A stretch of DNA of 64,000 nucleotides, taken from positions 5,639-69,638 of the IMG/VR virus record IMGVR_UViG_3300027541_000695, one strand, 5' to 3'. Below are positions 37,025 to 47,000 of the stretch, in pieces; position 1 is the first letter of the stretch; each line of letters begins with the position of its first letter. Source of the DNA: a virus. A program made the position numbers and the translations under genes. The notes beneath the pieces were generated by a model that saw only the letters and a program-made list of their open reading frames with translations, ran no database searches and was not told the origin of the DNA.

Positions 37025-39706
37025 ATGGCAAATAATAGTTTTAAAGTAGATAAGGGTTTAAGTCTTAAACCGCAAAGTTCATCGCCTATAGATCCAATAT
37101 CTGGTGATATTTATTATAATTCTCTAAATGACACGTATTCACTAAGACAAGACGATAAGTGGTTCAATTTATCCTCTAGGGTAAATTTATCATCAAGTGC
37201 AATACTAACAAGCTCTAATTTAACGTCAGATATAGTTAAACACTCTCTTGTAGTACTGGTTGGAAGTATTTCTTCCAATATCCACGGTATGAGTCCATCT
37301 ACTGAAGGAAGAGTAATTCATGTTTTTAATAAGGCCTCACAGCCACTCAACATAAAACATCAATCTTCTACAGAAATAAACTTAGATTGCAGAATAATCA
37401 CGTTAAGTGGCACGGATATTATCGTTGCACCTGGACAGTGCGTTACGCTAGTTTACGACAAAAATGAATCTAGATGGTCGTGTGTTTCTAATCCAGTTAT
37501 AGTAAATTCTATATTGCCGATGATTGGAAACTCGTTAGGAGACACACTTGAATCAACTCTTTCAAAGGTAGATGCAGAATTAGCTAAATTATTTGAAGAT
37601 AGAAATGCCCTGCTCACAGATGGAGGATTAATAACTTGGACTGGATCTCAAATAGAGTTCACAGAAGATTTAAAATTAAGCATCAATTCTAAGATTGCCG
37701 GTGGCTCACCTACAATAATTAATTTAGGTAGCCTGTCGAGAACTCTAGCAAACAATGAATCTTGGTACGTAGTAATAAATAGAAATTCTGGCACTGTAGT
37801 TTCATCTATAGTGTCAACCACCTTGCCGGCAGTTACATCCGCTGACCAAGAAGTTTTTTTAATAGCAAAACGCGTAGATGCAAACGACGGTACAGAACGC
37901 CTTTATTGGCGCAATGGAATGGCATTAAACGCCGGTCAAACAGTGAGATTAGGCGCTAGCGGCTCAGGCGATGGATCCGGTCTTGGTGATGACTTAATAA
38001 CTACTCAATTTAGAGCCAGTTTTACCGATGAATTTGATCAAGGGCCGTCGGCAGCATTATCGGCCGTGAACCCCACACTGACAAAAGGCACCTATAGCGC
38101 AGCAAAAGCGATTTATCAACTAAGCTATGATGCTACAAAGTTGGGCACGGCAGTTGGAATAAATGTAAGCGTCCCTACAGCTTGCTCTTTTACAGTTCAA
38201 GTTGGAGACATGTTCATACGCAACAATGAAGCGAAAAGAATCATTGGCGTAGTAAGTCAGACTACTTTTCAGGTAGAGTCTGCGTTTAGTTCTGATTTTT
38301 CGGGCCAAGCTGTAACTGTATCTCAAGCGGTACATTCAAAAGATATTTACAATCTTGCGCTTGATGGTTCAGCTCTTTCTTCAGGTTTTACTGACCCCTT
38401 TTCAGAAATTTTAGTCGATTACGAAGACACCTCCATAGTTGGTGATAGTATATTTGACATCAATACTGCTCCAGTGATCGCATTTTCTGCGTCTTCTGAT
38501 AACGCTTCTTGGACTAATTTAACCACTCGTCCAACTTCTCCGTTAGATGAAATTCAGACAACTTTTTTACCCAGTGCCGGAACTTCCTTATATTTAAGGC
38601 TTTTTGCGAATAAAACGAGTGGGTCTGGAACAGTCAACGTACTTAAATATAAAGCCTATGCCCAAAAAGTTCCTGTAGAGTCTAGCGGAGGGGCACTAAA
38701 TTCTGCGTATGCTTTTACAGACGGAGTAGGAACTCCAGTAAACTGTTCTGTTTCGGTTGTTAGCGGAAAAACTAGAATAACGCTTACTTGGCAATATCCA
38801 GTAGGAATAAACGTTGGAACGCCATTTGGAAGTATAGATGTTTATCTAAATGGTCAGCTTGTGCCTAGATATATAAATGCGACGCTGACACCAAACGCGT
38901 CGTACACTGAAGTTTCTTCGACTGTTATTGATTTAGACACTAATTACAGTGCTTCAAATATTTCTGTAGAGATACTTCAAAGAGCGGCAATAGTTGATCA
39001 ATCTAGTCAAAACAGTACGTATATTGCGCAAAATACAGCGGCTATATCAGCAATACAAACATCCATATCTTTAGATCCAACTATACAAAAATTTACCTCC
39101 GGATCTGGTACTTATACCCTTCCGGCCAACGTTAAATATATTCGCGTTCGTATGGTTGGTGGCGGAGGAGGAGGCCAAGGATCACAGAATTCGCCTGGCT
39201 GGACAGCGGCGGGTGGCAATGGCTCAAGCTCCACGTTTGGAGCAATTCTTACTGCGCCTGGAGGAAACGGAGGAAATATTAACATCGCAAACGGTGCTTC
39301 CGCTCCGACTATAAGTGCACCGGCAATTGCAGTTGTTTCTTTCGCTGGTATGAACGGTTTTAGCGGGCAAGCAAAAGCCGCTGGCGTAGATTCTTCTTCG
39401 GGCGCAGGAGGATTAACTCCATTTGGAAGTGCTGGGGCTTCAGTAGTTGGTGCGATGGTTGGATTTTCAGCTATTTCAAATTCTGGTTCTGGTGGAAGCG
39501 GAGGAGGAATGTCGGTTGGAAGTGCCGGCAGTATGGGACAAGGTGGAGGCGCTGCAGCCTATATAGAAGCCATAATTCAAAATCCGCTGTCAACATATTC
39601 TTATTCAGTAGGAACAGGCGGTGCTGGCGGAATTGCTGGCGCTGGCGGTAATGCTGGTGGAGCTGGAGCCTCTGGACAAATTATAGTAGAGGAATACTAT
39701 GTCTAA
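37025..39706 (+). CDS. Tail fibre protein with glycine-rich C-terminal domain
   Basis: FTSGSGTYTLPANVKYIRVRMVGGGGGG...GASGQIIVEEY polyglycine domain typical of fibre tips. Confidence 0.75.
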   Translation: MANNSFKVDKGLSLKPQSSSPIDPISGDIYYNSLNDTYSLRQDDKWFNLSSRVNLSSSAILTSSNLTSDIVKHSLVVLVGSISSNIHGMSPSTEGRVIHVFNKASQPLNIKHQSSTEINLDCRIITLSGTDIIVAPGQCVTLVYDKNESRWSCVSNPVIVNSILPMIGNSLGDTLESTLSKVDAELAKLFEDRNALLTDGGLITWTGSQIEFTEDLKLSINSKIAGGSPTIINLGSLSRTLANNESWYVVINRNSGTVVSSIVSTTLPAVTSADQEVFLIAKRVDANDGTERLYWRNGMALNAGQTVRLGASGSGDGSGLGDDLITTQFRASFTDEFDQGPSAALSAVNPTLTKGTYSAAKAIYQLSYDATKLGTAVGINVSVPTACSFTVQVGDMFIRNNEAKRIIGVVSQTTFQVESAFSSDFSGQAVTVSQAVHSKDIYNLALDGSALSSGFTDPFSEILVDYEDTSIVGDSIFDINTAPVIAFSASSDNASWTNLTTRPTSPLDEIQTTFLPSAGTSLYLRLFANKTSGSGTVNVLKYKAYAQKVPVESSGGALNSAYAFTDGVGTPVNCSVSVVSGKTRITLTWQYPVGINVGTPFGSIDVYLNGQLVPRYINATLTPNASYTEVSSTVIDLDTNYSASNISVEILQRAAIVDQSSQNSTYIAQNTAAISAIQTSISLDPTIQKFTSGSGTYTLPANVKYIRVRMVGGGGGGQGSQNSPGWTAAGGNGSSSTFGAILTAPGGNGGNINIANGASAPTISAPAIAVVSFAGMNGFSGQAKAAGVDSSSGAGGLTPFGSAGASVVGAMVGFSAISNSGSGGSGGGMSVGSAGSMGQGGGAAAYIEAIIQNPLSTYSYSVGTGGAGGIAGAGGNAGGAGASGQIIVEEYYV

Positions 39707-39977
39707 AATACTTAATATTTACAATGAAGACGGGTCTCTTTATTGGAAAGAACATTTCAATAAGCAAGAAGATTTAGACAAATGGCTAGATGAAGAAAAA
39801 ACTAGGCCATATTGGAATGCTAATTTTGCAACAGAAATTATTGATGTTCCTCAGTCTGATTTCTCTGCGCAAGAAGAAGATATAAAAAAAATAGAAGAAA
39901 AAAAAGCATCAGCAAAGCAAAAACTTTTAACGCTGGGACTTGACGAAGAAGAAATACAGGCTCTATTAGGAATTTGA
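39699..39977 (+). CDS. Putative tail fibre chaperone
   Basis: Small ORF coupled to the fibre, ending KASAKQKLLTLGLDEEEIQALLG. Confidence 0.55.
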   Translation: MSKILNIYNEDGSLYWKEHFNKQEDLDKWLDEEKTRPYWNANFATEIIDVPQSDFSAQEEDIKKIEEKKASAKQKLLTLGLDEEEIQALLGI

Positions 39978-39978
39978 T

Positions 39979-40446
39979 ATGGCAAAAATAACAGGTATGC
40001 ATACATCAGGATCTCCAGCGGGAACGATACTGCCTTGCGCCGGCGCTTCTGCGTTGCCGGGAACACTTCTATGTCAAGGTCAGGCGGTTAGTAGAGTAAC
40101 GTATGCTGCTTTATTTGCCGTAATTGGAACTACACATGGTGCGGGAGATGGATCGACCACATTTAATTTACCCAATACTCAAGGAAGATTTCTGAGAGGC
40201 AGCGGAAATAATAATCTTGGTCTCGGAACAACAAACGGAGCTTATCAAGACGATGCGTTTCAAGGCCATACACACACATATACTGTAAGGTTTCAATTAT
40301 CTGGAGGTGGTAGCGGATCGGACTGGGCGTTTGATGCGTCTACTCAAACGAGTTTACCAAATACTCACCCATCTTTTGGTAATATAAGATACACAAATGA
40401 AACTCGCCCTTCAAATGTTGGCGTTAATTATTGCATCGCATACTAA
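39979..40446 (+). CDS. Tail collar domain protein 1
   Basis: PAGTILPCAG..LLCQGQAVSRVTYAALFAVIGT..TFNLP..GRFLRG..HTH..ETRPSNV collar motifs. Confidence 0.85.
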   Translation: MAKITGMHTSGSPAGTILPCAGASALPGTLLCQGQAVSRVTYAALFAVIGTTHGAGDGSTTFNLPNTQGRFLRGSGNNNLGLGTTNGAYQDDAFQGHTHTYTVRFQLSGGGSGSDWAFDASTQTSLPNTHPSFGNIRYTNETRPSNVGVNYCIAY

Positions 40447-40455
40447 AAATAAATT

Positions 40456-41100
40456 ATGGCTATACTTCAAAAAATTAATCAAAAAGCAAATATTCGAAAA
40501 TCATCTGCGGGCGATATGCCTTATCAACCTCAATTTCCTGTCATATCAAAATATGAAGCTGATTCTACGGCTTCTCAAACTGTTATTAATATGACATTCA
40601 GCGTTGACCAAAACAACAAAGAGGCGTTTCAACTTTTTGTTGACGGAAACCTTCTTAGAGAAGGCGCAGCAAACGACTACACATTTACGTCAATAGGTTT
40701 TGATAATACTTCCTCTCAGGTTACGTTGACCTTTACAATACCCGCAGGACTAAATATTGTGGCGATCAAACTTGGAACTAAAAAAGAATCCGAGTTTGGA
40801 ATGGATAATCGTTTTACACAAATGCGAGATGTTCAAACTTATAGTGTAAATACTGTTCTTACAAGCTATAATAGTATAGTTTTAGTAAATGCGTCTGGCG
40901 GGCCAAGAACGATGACTCTTCCTGCGCCAAGTTCTGTGAGAGGTGCGGTAATCAATATTAAAAAAATAGACAGCAGTTTGAATGTTGTAACTATCTCTCC
41001 TCCATCAGGAACAATTGATGGGGCGGCTTCAAAGCCTCTTAATTTTCAGTGGGACAGCTTAGCAATAACAAGCGATGGAACAAACTTCTATTTAATATAA
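40456..41100 (+). CDS. Tail fibre-associated structural protein
   Basis: LFVDGNLLREG..DY and VLVNASGGPRTMTLP..NIKKIDSS..VTI..TIDG virion-type domains. Confidence 0.6.
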   Translation: MAILQKINQKANIRKSSAGDMPYQPQFPVISKYEADSTASQTVINMTFSVDQNNKEAFQLFVDGNLLREGAANDYTFTSIGFDNTSSQVTLTFTIPAGLNIVAIKLGTKKESEFGMDNRFTQMRDVQTYSVNTVLTSYNSIVLVNASGGPRTMTLPAPSSVRGAVINIKKIDSSLNVVTISPPSGTIDGAASKPLNFQWDSLAITSDGTNFYLI

Positions 41101-41110
41101 CGGAGCAATT

Positions 41111-41560
41111 ATGGGTTTTCTTAGTGTACAATCAATAGTTCCGCCGGGAGTAGTTCTTCCGTTTGCCGGCTCGGTGGCGCCAGATGGGTGGCTTCTATGT
41201 CAAGGTCAGGCAGTTAGTAGAACAACATATGCTACTTTATTTGCTTCATTAGGCACCGCTTATGGTACTGGAGATGGATCTACCACTTTTAATCTACCGA
41301 ACACACAGGGATATTTTTTAAGGGGCGCTGGAACTACCGGTATATATTCTACCACTAGAGGCGCCGTGCAGGCCGATGATTTTAAAAGCCATAACCACAA
41401 TATAATTGTTTATGATTCCGGAGGAAGTAGCACCAATTTACCTACAGATTATTTTCCAAATGGCACACTTCCGGGGACGAATACGACGGCAATACAGAAC
41501 GCCGGTGGCAGCGAAACTCGCCCAGCAAATGTTGGTGTTAACTATATAATAAAGGTGTAA
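41111..41560 (+). CDS. Tail collar domain protein 2
   Basis: VPPGVVLPFAG..PDGWLLCQGQAVSRTTYATLF..HNH..ETRPANV. Confidence 0.85.
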   Translation: MGFLSVQSIVPPGVVLPFAGSVAPDGWLLCQGQAVSRTTYATLFASLGTAYGTGDGSTTFNLPNTQGYFLRGAGTTGIYSTTRGAVQADDFKSHNHNIIVYDSGGSSTNLPTDYFPNGTLPGTNTTAIQNAGGSETRPANVGVNYIIKV

Positions 41561-41563
41561 ATT

Positions 41564-41833
41564 ATGAAAATAAAAATAAGAAAAAATGAAGCTTTGTTCT
41601 CACAAGAAGGTTTGCATATTCTAGATGAAAAAGGAATTGCGGTTTTAGCTCAAGAAGATATAGAATGCGATATTGCAGAAGAACATTTTGAGCGCGTTAA
41701 GCAGATCGTAATTGCACAAAGACTCCGTTACGGCCTTGATGAAAACGGAGATGTACCTGTAGTAGAAGAGCCTGCAATAGAAGAATCTATTATCGAAAAA
41801 CCAAACGATCAAAATAACGACACATTGAATTAA
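41564..41833 (+). CDS. Hypothetical small acidic protein (possible chaperone)
   Basis: Clean ORF between collar genes. Confidence 0.5.
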   Translation: MKIKIRKNEALFSQEGLHILDEKGIAVLAQEDIECDIAEEHFERVKQIVIAQRLRYGLDENGDVPVVEEPAIEESIIEKPNDQNNDTLN

Positions 41834-41836
41834 AAT

Positions 41837-42550
41837 ATGCCTAGAACAAATTTAAATACGTCTAACGTGAGCGTGCCTGAATCAGGTACAGGTGCATCGA
41901 CCGCTGTAATTCCTACTGGCACTATTAGCATGTATGCCGGTGATAGCGCCCCAGATGGCTGGCTACTATGCAACGGAGAACAATTACCTAATGGAGTAGG
42001 AATAGTGCAGGGCAAACAAGCTGATTTTTCTGCGTTATATGCGATACTAGGTACAGCATACGGTGTTCAAGGTGAACTACCTGACTGCAGAGGTATTTTT
42101 GTAAGAGGTGTAGGTAGTCAAAACATAAGTGGAAAAAATTTTTCTGCTCTTAGAGGTTCTAAGACAAGCGATAGAACACTGCGTCATACTCACGGAGTAA
42201 CAGGAAATATCACATCTACAGCAACATCTACAGCAACATCTACAGCAGCATCAACCGTAAATCAAAATAGCTCATACCCTTTTCCAGCTATAAGACACAC
42301 TAGTTCAGCTGTAACTAAACAGGCCGTTGTAAGTATAACAAGCGGCTCGGTGTCTAAAGATTACTTTTTAAGTGTAGGTTCATCAAGTCCTCCCGAAACT
42401 AGGATTCCAGCGGTAGCTACTTCAGTTACTACTTCAGTAGCTACTTCAGTAAACAATACGCACAATCTTACTGCTGCTTTTCAAGCAAATGGCGACACAA
42501 ATGAAACAGCCCCTGCTTCTATAGGTCTAAATTACATAATTAAAATATAA
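41837..42550 (+). CDS. Tail collar domain protein 3
   Basis: PTGTISMYAG..PDGWLLCNG..LPDCRGIFVRG..HTH..ETAPAS..NYIIK. Confidence 0.85.
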   Translation: MPRTNLNTSNVSVPESGTGASTAVIPTGTISMYAGDSAPDGWLLCNGEQLPNGVGIVQGKQADFSALYAILGTAYGVQGELPDCRGIFVRGVGSQNISGKNFSALRGSKTSDRTLRHTHGVTGNITSTATSTATSTAASTVNQNSSYPFPAIRHTSSAVTKQAVVSITSGSVSKDYFLSVGSSSPPETRIPAVATSVTTSVATSVNNTHNLTAAFQANGDTNETAPASIGLNYIIKI

Positions 42551-42923
42551 CTGCATCTATCGCGCTTATAATACTTTTTTCTTCGCACTTATTAAGTTCT
42601 TGATATTTTTTAGACCATGTTATAGTGACATGATTCACACATAACATAAAAGCATTATCATTATATTCGTCGTTAATCCAATCTATGTCTATAGATGCTA
42701 AAGGATCAATCGTGTTTATTTGCTCTTGAAGTAGATTTTTTGCTCTTTTAACGGAGCTCATTAGAGAAAAAGAATCATTAAACTTAAGGTCATTAAGTTC
42801 TTCTATATTTTTTATGAACTGTAAAACATAACCCTTTGCAGTATTTTTTTGAAGAATCTTGTTTTTAAGCTCTTTTTTCTTGGCTATTCTTTTTTCTATT
42901 TCTTCAAGAGCAGATCTTTTCAT
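42540..42923 (-). CDS. Hypothetical protein
   Basis: ORF track. True start is likely ATG 42923, 6 nt after minus-strand TATAAG at 42930-42935. Confidence 0.6.
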   Translation of the reverse strand: MKRSALEEIEKRIAKKKELKNKILQKNTAKGYVLQFIKNIEELNDLKFNDSFSLMSSVKRAKNLLQEQINTIDPLASIDIDWINDEYNDNAFMLCVNHVTITWSKKYQELNKCEEKSIISAIDAVIF

Positions 42924-43804
42924 ATAGATCTTATACAAGACAATACAAACTTTGCAAAATCCTTGTGTCCCATGGCCTTAAGGCAATCATTCCAATCTTC
43001 TGTAGTGTTAGTTAGTGCAAAATGCGTGCATGATTCTGATTCTTTAAATTTCTTAAGCATCTTTGCACCTGCTTCATCAGAATCTGGGGCAACTACAACT
43101 TTTAAACCTTGATCCTTAAGATCTTTAAATATTTGCCTATGATGTGCGGTAGCACCTGCGCCAGAGCAAGCAACTGCACGCCATGGATTATTGTGTACTC
43201 CACCGTATGCTATATTAAATGCCTGATTAATTGCTATAGCATTTAATGCACCTTCTGTTATTAATACACCCTTTATGTTACCCATGAATTTGGATTGATT
43301 CCAGCCATATATAAGATTGCCTAATCTAGTTCCTGGCATAGTATCCATCTTTTGAATTTCTCCGTCTGGATTAATTCTAGGTTCTATAAATCTGGTTTGT
43401 GCTCCGCAGAAATGATTATCGAAGTAATAAGGAAAAACTATGCCATTTCTTTCTATGTCGTAATACATGTCACCTTGAGGCGATAAGCCTCTAGTTTTAA
43501 GATAATCTACTCCATTTTTAGCTCTTGGATCGGACATGGGGATGAATCTAGCTGGCCAGCTCATGACATTTACTTCATCAGGCTTTGCCTCTTTAAACTC
43601 AAAATCTCCCTTTAAGAATTCTGCTAATTGTATTCCAGCGTGATAACAGTATGAACGAATTGAATAACCTCTTTGACATTTACCTACACAGTACACCCAG
43701 ATATCTTGAGTATCTTGATCTATGTGCCAATGCAAGCATGCGTTTTTTCTTCCGCCCTTACATATCAAGCAGTGTCGTGTCGATAGTGCTTTTACATTAC
43801 TCAT
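42920..43804 (-). CDS. DNA primase (Zn finger plus TOPRIM)
   Basis: CLIC..H..CVGKC zinc finger; ITEGALNA and APDSDEAG..DWND TOPRIM motifs. Confidence 0.85.
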   Translation of the reverse strand: MSNVKALSTRHCLICKGGRKNACLHWHIDQDTQDIWVYCVGKCQRGYSIRSYCYHAGIQLAEFLKGDFEFKEAKPDEVNVMSWPARFIPMSDPRAKNGVDYLKTRGLSPQGDMYYDIERNGIVFPYYFDNHFCGAQTRFIEPRINPDGEIQKMDTMPGTRLGNLIYGWNQSKFMGNIKGVLITEGALNAIAINQAFNIAYGGVHNNPWRAVACSGAGATAHHRQIFKDLKDQGLKVVVAPDSDEAGAKMLKKFKESESCTHFALTNTTEDWNDCLKAMGHKDFAKFVLSCIRSI

Positions 43805-43805
43805 A

Positions 43806-44792
43806 TTATTTTTCTTGCAAATTTGCTTCTAGCTTATCAAGCTGTCTCTCTGCAACTTCTCTCTCGGAGATCTGTTTTAGGTATCTACCTTTCTCGAAAG
43901 GGCATACAATCTTATGCCCCGCAACCCCAAATCGATCTTTATGAATAACAAAGTCCGTAGTGGCATCTTCCCAGTTAGGAATAACTTCGATAATAACGGT
44001 TGCAGGTTCTACGATTGCAGAACATTCTTTTATTCTAGCATCGATATCTTTTGTTCCGCCTTTTTTACCTACAGAATAAAGCTGAACGAACAAACACACT
44101 GGTACTTCAGAGCTCTTGATATATTGACCAAGCCACGTTCTAAGGTCGTTTAGAACCTCGTACGTAGTCTTATCTGGCTGTCGTAAGGAATATTTGATCA
44201 ACTGATAATAATCGATAAGCACACAAGAGTAACCATGCCCTTTAACGGATTCTAGAGCGGCCTTAACACCTTCAACCTTAGTAGTAAGGCCTTCTCTCCA
44301 CACGACATCTAGTACTTTAACATATTTGGCTATCTCTGGAAGCATAGCACAGAGCTCTCTAAGAAGCTCTGGAGGCATTTGCCCTTTTTTATACTCGTTA
44401 AAGTTGTATCCTTTATCTAAACAAGCAACCCTAAGAAGAACGTCTTGCTCAGATTCCTCGTTGGATACAACCAGTACTTTTTTGCCCTGTTTCCACAAAG
44501 GATATGATATGTTTGCAGCAACGGTTGATTTACCTGAACCAGTATATGCGCAAAACAGATATAGATTTTCTCGCGTAAAAGGTATGGCGGCAGTAAGAGA
44601 ATCATTGATCAATGTTATTCTCTCGTTTAGCATCTTGTTGTAAGATGCTATGTTTTTATACATCTTTAGGAGAGATTCCTTGTCGCCAAAAGAATCGATC
44701 TCATCGATAGAGACAGTGATATCTGAAGATGAACTAGATATACCAGCTCTTTTTAGAAGTTGTTCTTGATGCTCTTTACTTAAAACTGCCAT
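43806..44792 (-). CDS. DnaB-like SF4 replicative helicase
   Basis: Walker A AYTGSGKST, VSNEE, Walker B VLIDYYQ, VQL and KDRFG motifs. Adjacent to the primase. Confidence 0.85.
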   Translation of the reverse strand: MAVLSKEHQEQLLKRAGISSSSSDITVSIDEIDSFGDKESLLKMYKNIASYNKMLNERITLINDSLTAAIPFTRENLYLFCAYTGSGKSTVAANISYPLWKQGKKVLVVSNEESEQDVLLRVACLDKGYNFNEYKKGQMPPELLRELCAMLPEIAKYVKVLDVVWREGLTTKVEGVKAALESVKGHGYSCVLIDYYQLIKYSLRQPDKTTYEVLNDLRTWLGQYIKSSEVPVCLFVQLYSVGKKGGTKDIDARIKECSAIVEPATVIIEVIPNWEDATTDFVIHKDRFGVAGHKIVCPFEKGRYLKQISEREVAERQLDKLEANLQEK

Positions 44793-45321
44793 CTTCTGCC
44801 TCGCTTAAAACGCGTTTATAATCTTCCAAGGGATTATACGAAGTATCGCGCAAACGTTTTTCGAGCTCTTCAGTATTCAAGACCGGAAATTGATCTGCGT
44901 ACTGACGCTGCAGACGATACTCTTTAGCTGACATGTTACCAAAAACTTTTGGCTCACCATCGTCGTCGTCTTTTGTTTTTGATATTTTTTGTTTTGTTCT
45001 TGGATATATAGAAAAGAAAGCAGATTTGCATTTTTCTTCTATATCTTTATGCCATTCTTTTATAAAGAGCTTTTCACCTAATGCTTTAATTCTTGGAATA
45101 GACTTTAACCTGTTATAGGTATTGACAGCAACGGCGTGCTTAGGGTAATGAGCATTTGTGGCCTTTTCTAAGAATTCAAACGCTTCGTCAAATGTAACAT
45201 TTGCATTTTTAAGATTTTCAAAAAGACATTGAAAATTCTCTTCAACGCTCTTTACTGTTCTATCTTTCTTAGATAAAGAGGCCTTCCACTCTTCAAATAT
45301 AAGATTTTTTTCTTCAAGCAT
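44776..45321 (-). CDS. Hypothetical protein in the primase-helicase operon
   Basis: ORF overlapping the helicase start; no recognisable motif. Confidence 0.6.
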   Translation of the reverse strand: MLEEKNLIFEEWKASLSKKDRTVKSVEENFQCLFENLKNANVTFDEAFEFLEKATNAHYPKHAVAVNTYNRLKSIPRIKALGEKLFIKEWHKDIEEKCKSAFFSIYPRTKQKISKTKDDDDGEPKVFGNMSAKEYRLQRQYADQFPVLNTEELEKRLRDTSYNPLEDYKRVLSEAEDGSFK

Positions 45322-45511
45322 TGATCGACTCTTCTTTTATAGTTGAATCACCGGTTTTCAAGTTAGTAACTTGAATTTTAACGGAATTATTTTCTTTGTC
45401 TATGAAGAGAAGTTCGATTCTGTATTCGTCGTTGATTACAAACGGCCTGCGCTTACCAAGCCACCAGTAAAGCTGAGTCTTTAATTTGTTAGCGTAAGAA
45501 ATATCGCTCAT
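45314..45511 (-). CDS. Hypothetical protein
   Basis: GGAGG SD; minus-strand TATAAT at 45535-45540. Confidence 0.6.
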   Translation of the reverse strand: MSDISYANKLKTQLYWWLGKRRPFVINDEYRIELLFIDKENNSVKIQVTNLKTGDSTIKEESINA

Positions 45512-45534
45512 AAAACCTCCAAATGGTTATTTTT

Positions 45535-45599
45535 ATTATACAAGGATATCATTTAATTGTCGATAAATATTGAACTTATCTTTCATTACTTGGTATCAT
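45535..45599. promoter_or_regulatory. Divergent promoter pair
   Basis: Minus-strand TATAAT (45535-45540) drives the primase/helicase operon. Plus-strand TGG-TATCAT (45594-45599) lies 6 nt before ATG 45606. Confidence 0.6.
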
Positions 45600-45605
45600 A
45601 TTGAT

Positions 45606-47000
45606 ATGATAAGTAAAGTGTTAATCAACAACGATAAAATCACCGTCGTTGATCCAACTCCTCAGATGATATCTTGGGCAAATCAAAATCTATCATACAC
45701 AGACAAATCAAAACAGTATCAACTTAGAAGAATGGCAAAAAGTCTGTGGCATAGAAATTCTCCAGCGTTTGCCAAGTTACAAAAAGAAGTCAATGGTAGC
45801 CTGTTCTCTATAGATGGAAACGTACTAACCATGTCTACATGTTTTTTGGACATGTTCTTAAATATTTTTTCGGATAAAGCATCTATACAAGATGGCAGAA
45901 AAGAAACCGGTAGCAAGATATCACTTCCTTGGGCGAAGAAGCCATATGATCTAAGGCCGTATCAAAAAGAAGCAGTAGAAGCAATGCTTTCTAATAATAG
46001 AGGCGTAATAAATTTCGCAACAGGTCTCGGAAAGACCTTGCTCGCGACACACATGATACAGCAATACAAGAAGCGTACATTAGTTGTTTGCCCAAGCGAA
46101 TCAGTTGCTAAGCAATTTTATACGCTTTTTGAGTCATGCTTTGGCAAAAATAAGGTGGGTTTCTACGGTAGCGGCAAGAAAAAAATAAACGATATCACGG
46201 TTGGAATAGCCGCATCTATATGTAAGGGCGTAAACGATTTTAAAAATGCAGATCTTGGCTTACTGATAATCGATGAAACCCATCATACGCCGGCAAACAC
46301 TTTCTTCGATATAGCTGAAGGTTTATCTAACACCGGTAAGATATTTGGTCTTACAGCCACAGATTATAGATCTGATGGTAAGGACATAATGATAACCGCT
46401 GGATGTGGCCCTGTCATAATGAGAAGAGATATAAGATGGGGCGTAGAAAATGGTTGGCTTGCGGAGCCCTATTTTATAGTTAGAAAAGTAGATACAGGCG
46501 GAAAAGACTTTAAAGACGATAAACTTAAATCTTATAAAGAGCATGTTTTAAACAACAATATAATGAAAGATAGGATAAGAGAAGACGCTGAGAAGATGAT
46601 GGAATCCGGCAAATCTGTCCTTATCCTTGTAGATGAGGTGGCGCATGGAGAAGAACTTAGCAAACAGCTCAATATTCCTTTTGCAACCGGCGTAGATTCT
46701 AAATCTCAAGATTACGTCGACGCTTTAAATAAAGGAAAAGTTAGAGGTCTAGTTGGAACAGACGGCCGTATAGGTGAAGGAACGGACACGCAGAATGTAG
46801 ATGTGTTAATACTTGCAAATTTCATGGCCTCCAAGGGGCCCGTAATCCAAGCTGTCGGTCGAGGTCTAAGAAAACAAGGTCAAAAAACTAAGTGCATCGT
46901 GTTAGACTATATTCCAACAGGATCATCGATGTTGTCAAGACATGCCAACAGCAGAATCTCTTATTATAGAGAAATAACAGATAAGGTAAAGATCGTATGA
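45606..47000 (+). CDS. SF2 DEAD/H-box helicase (UvsW-like)
   Basis: LRPYQ, ATGLGKT, IIDETHH, GLTAT, IGEGTD and QAVGRGLR motifs. Start reassigned from 45570 to ATG 45606. Confidence 0.9.
   Translation: MISKVLINNDKITVVDPTPQMISWANQNLSYTDKSKQYQLRRMAKSLWHRNSPAFAKLQKEVNGSLFSIDGNVLTMSTCFLDMFLNIFSDKASIQDGRKETGSKISLPWAKKPYDLRPYQKEAVEAMLSNNRGVINFATGLGKTLLATHMIQQYKKRTLVVCPSESVAKQFYTLFESCFGKNKVGFYGSGKKKINDITVGIAASICKGVNDFKNADLGLLIIDETHHTPANTFFDIAEGLSNTGKIFGLTATDYRSDGKDIMITAGCGPVIMRRDIRWGVENGWLAEPYFIVRKVDTGGKDFKDDKLKSYKEHVLNNNIMKDRIREDAEKMMESGKSVLILVDEVAHGEELSKQLNIPFATGVDSKSQDYVDALNKGKVRGLVGTDGRIGEGTDTQNVDVLILANFMASKGPVIQAVGRGLRKQGQKTKCIVLDYIPTGSSMLSRHANSRISYYREITDKVKIV

Noticed and set aside
39979-41560. 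Possible DGR template/variable repeat pair or shufflon among the collar genes
   Set aside because: There is no reverse transcriptase or invertase in the window, the copies are in direct orientation, and differences are not confined to adenines.
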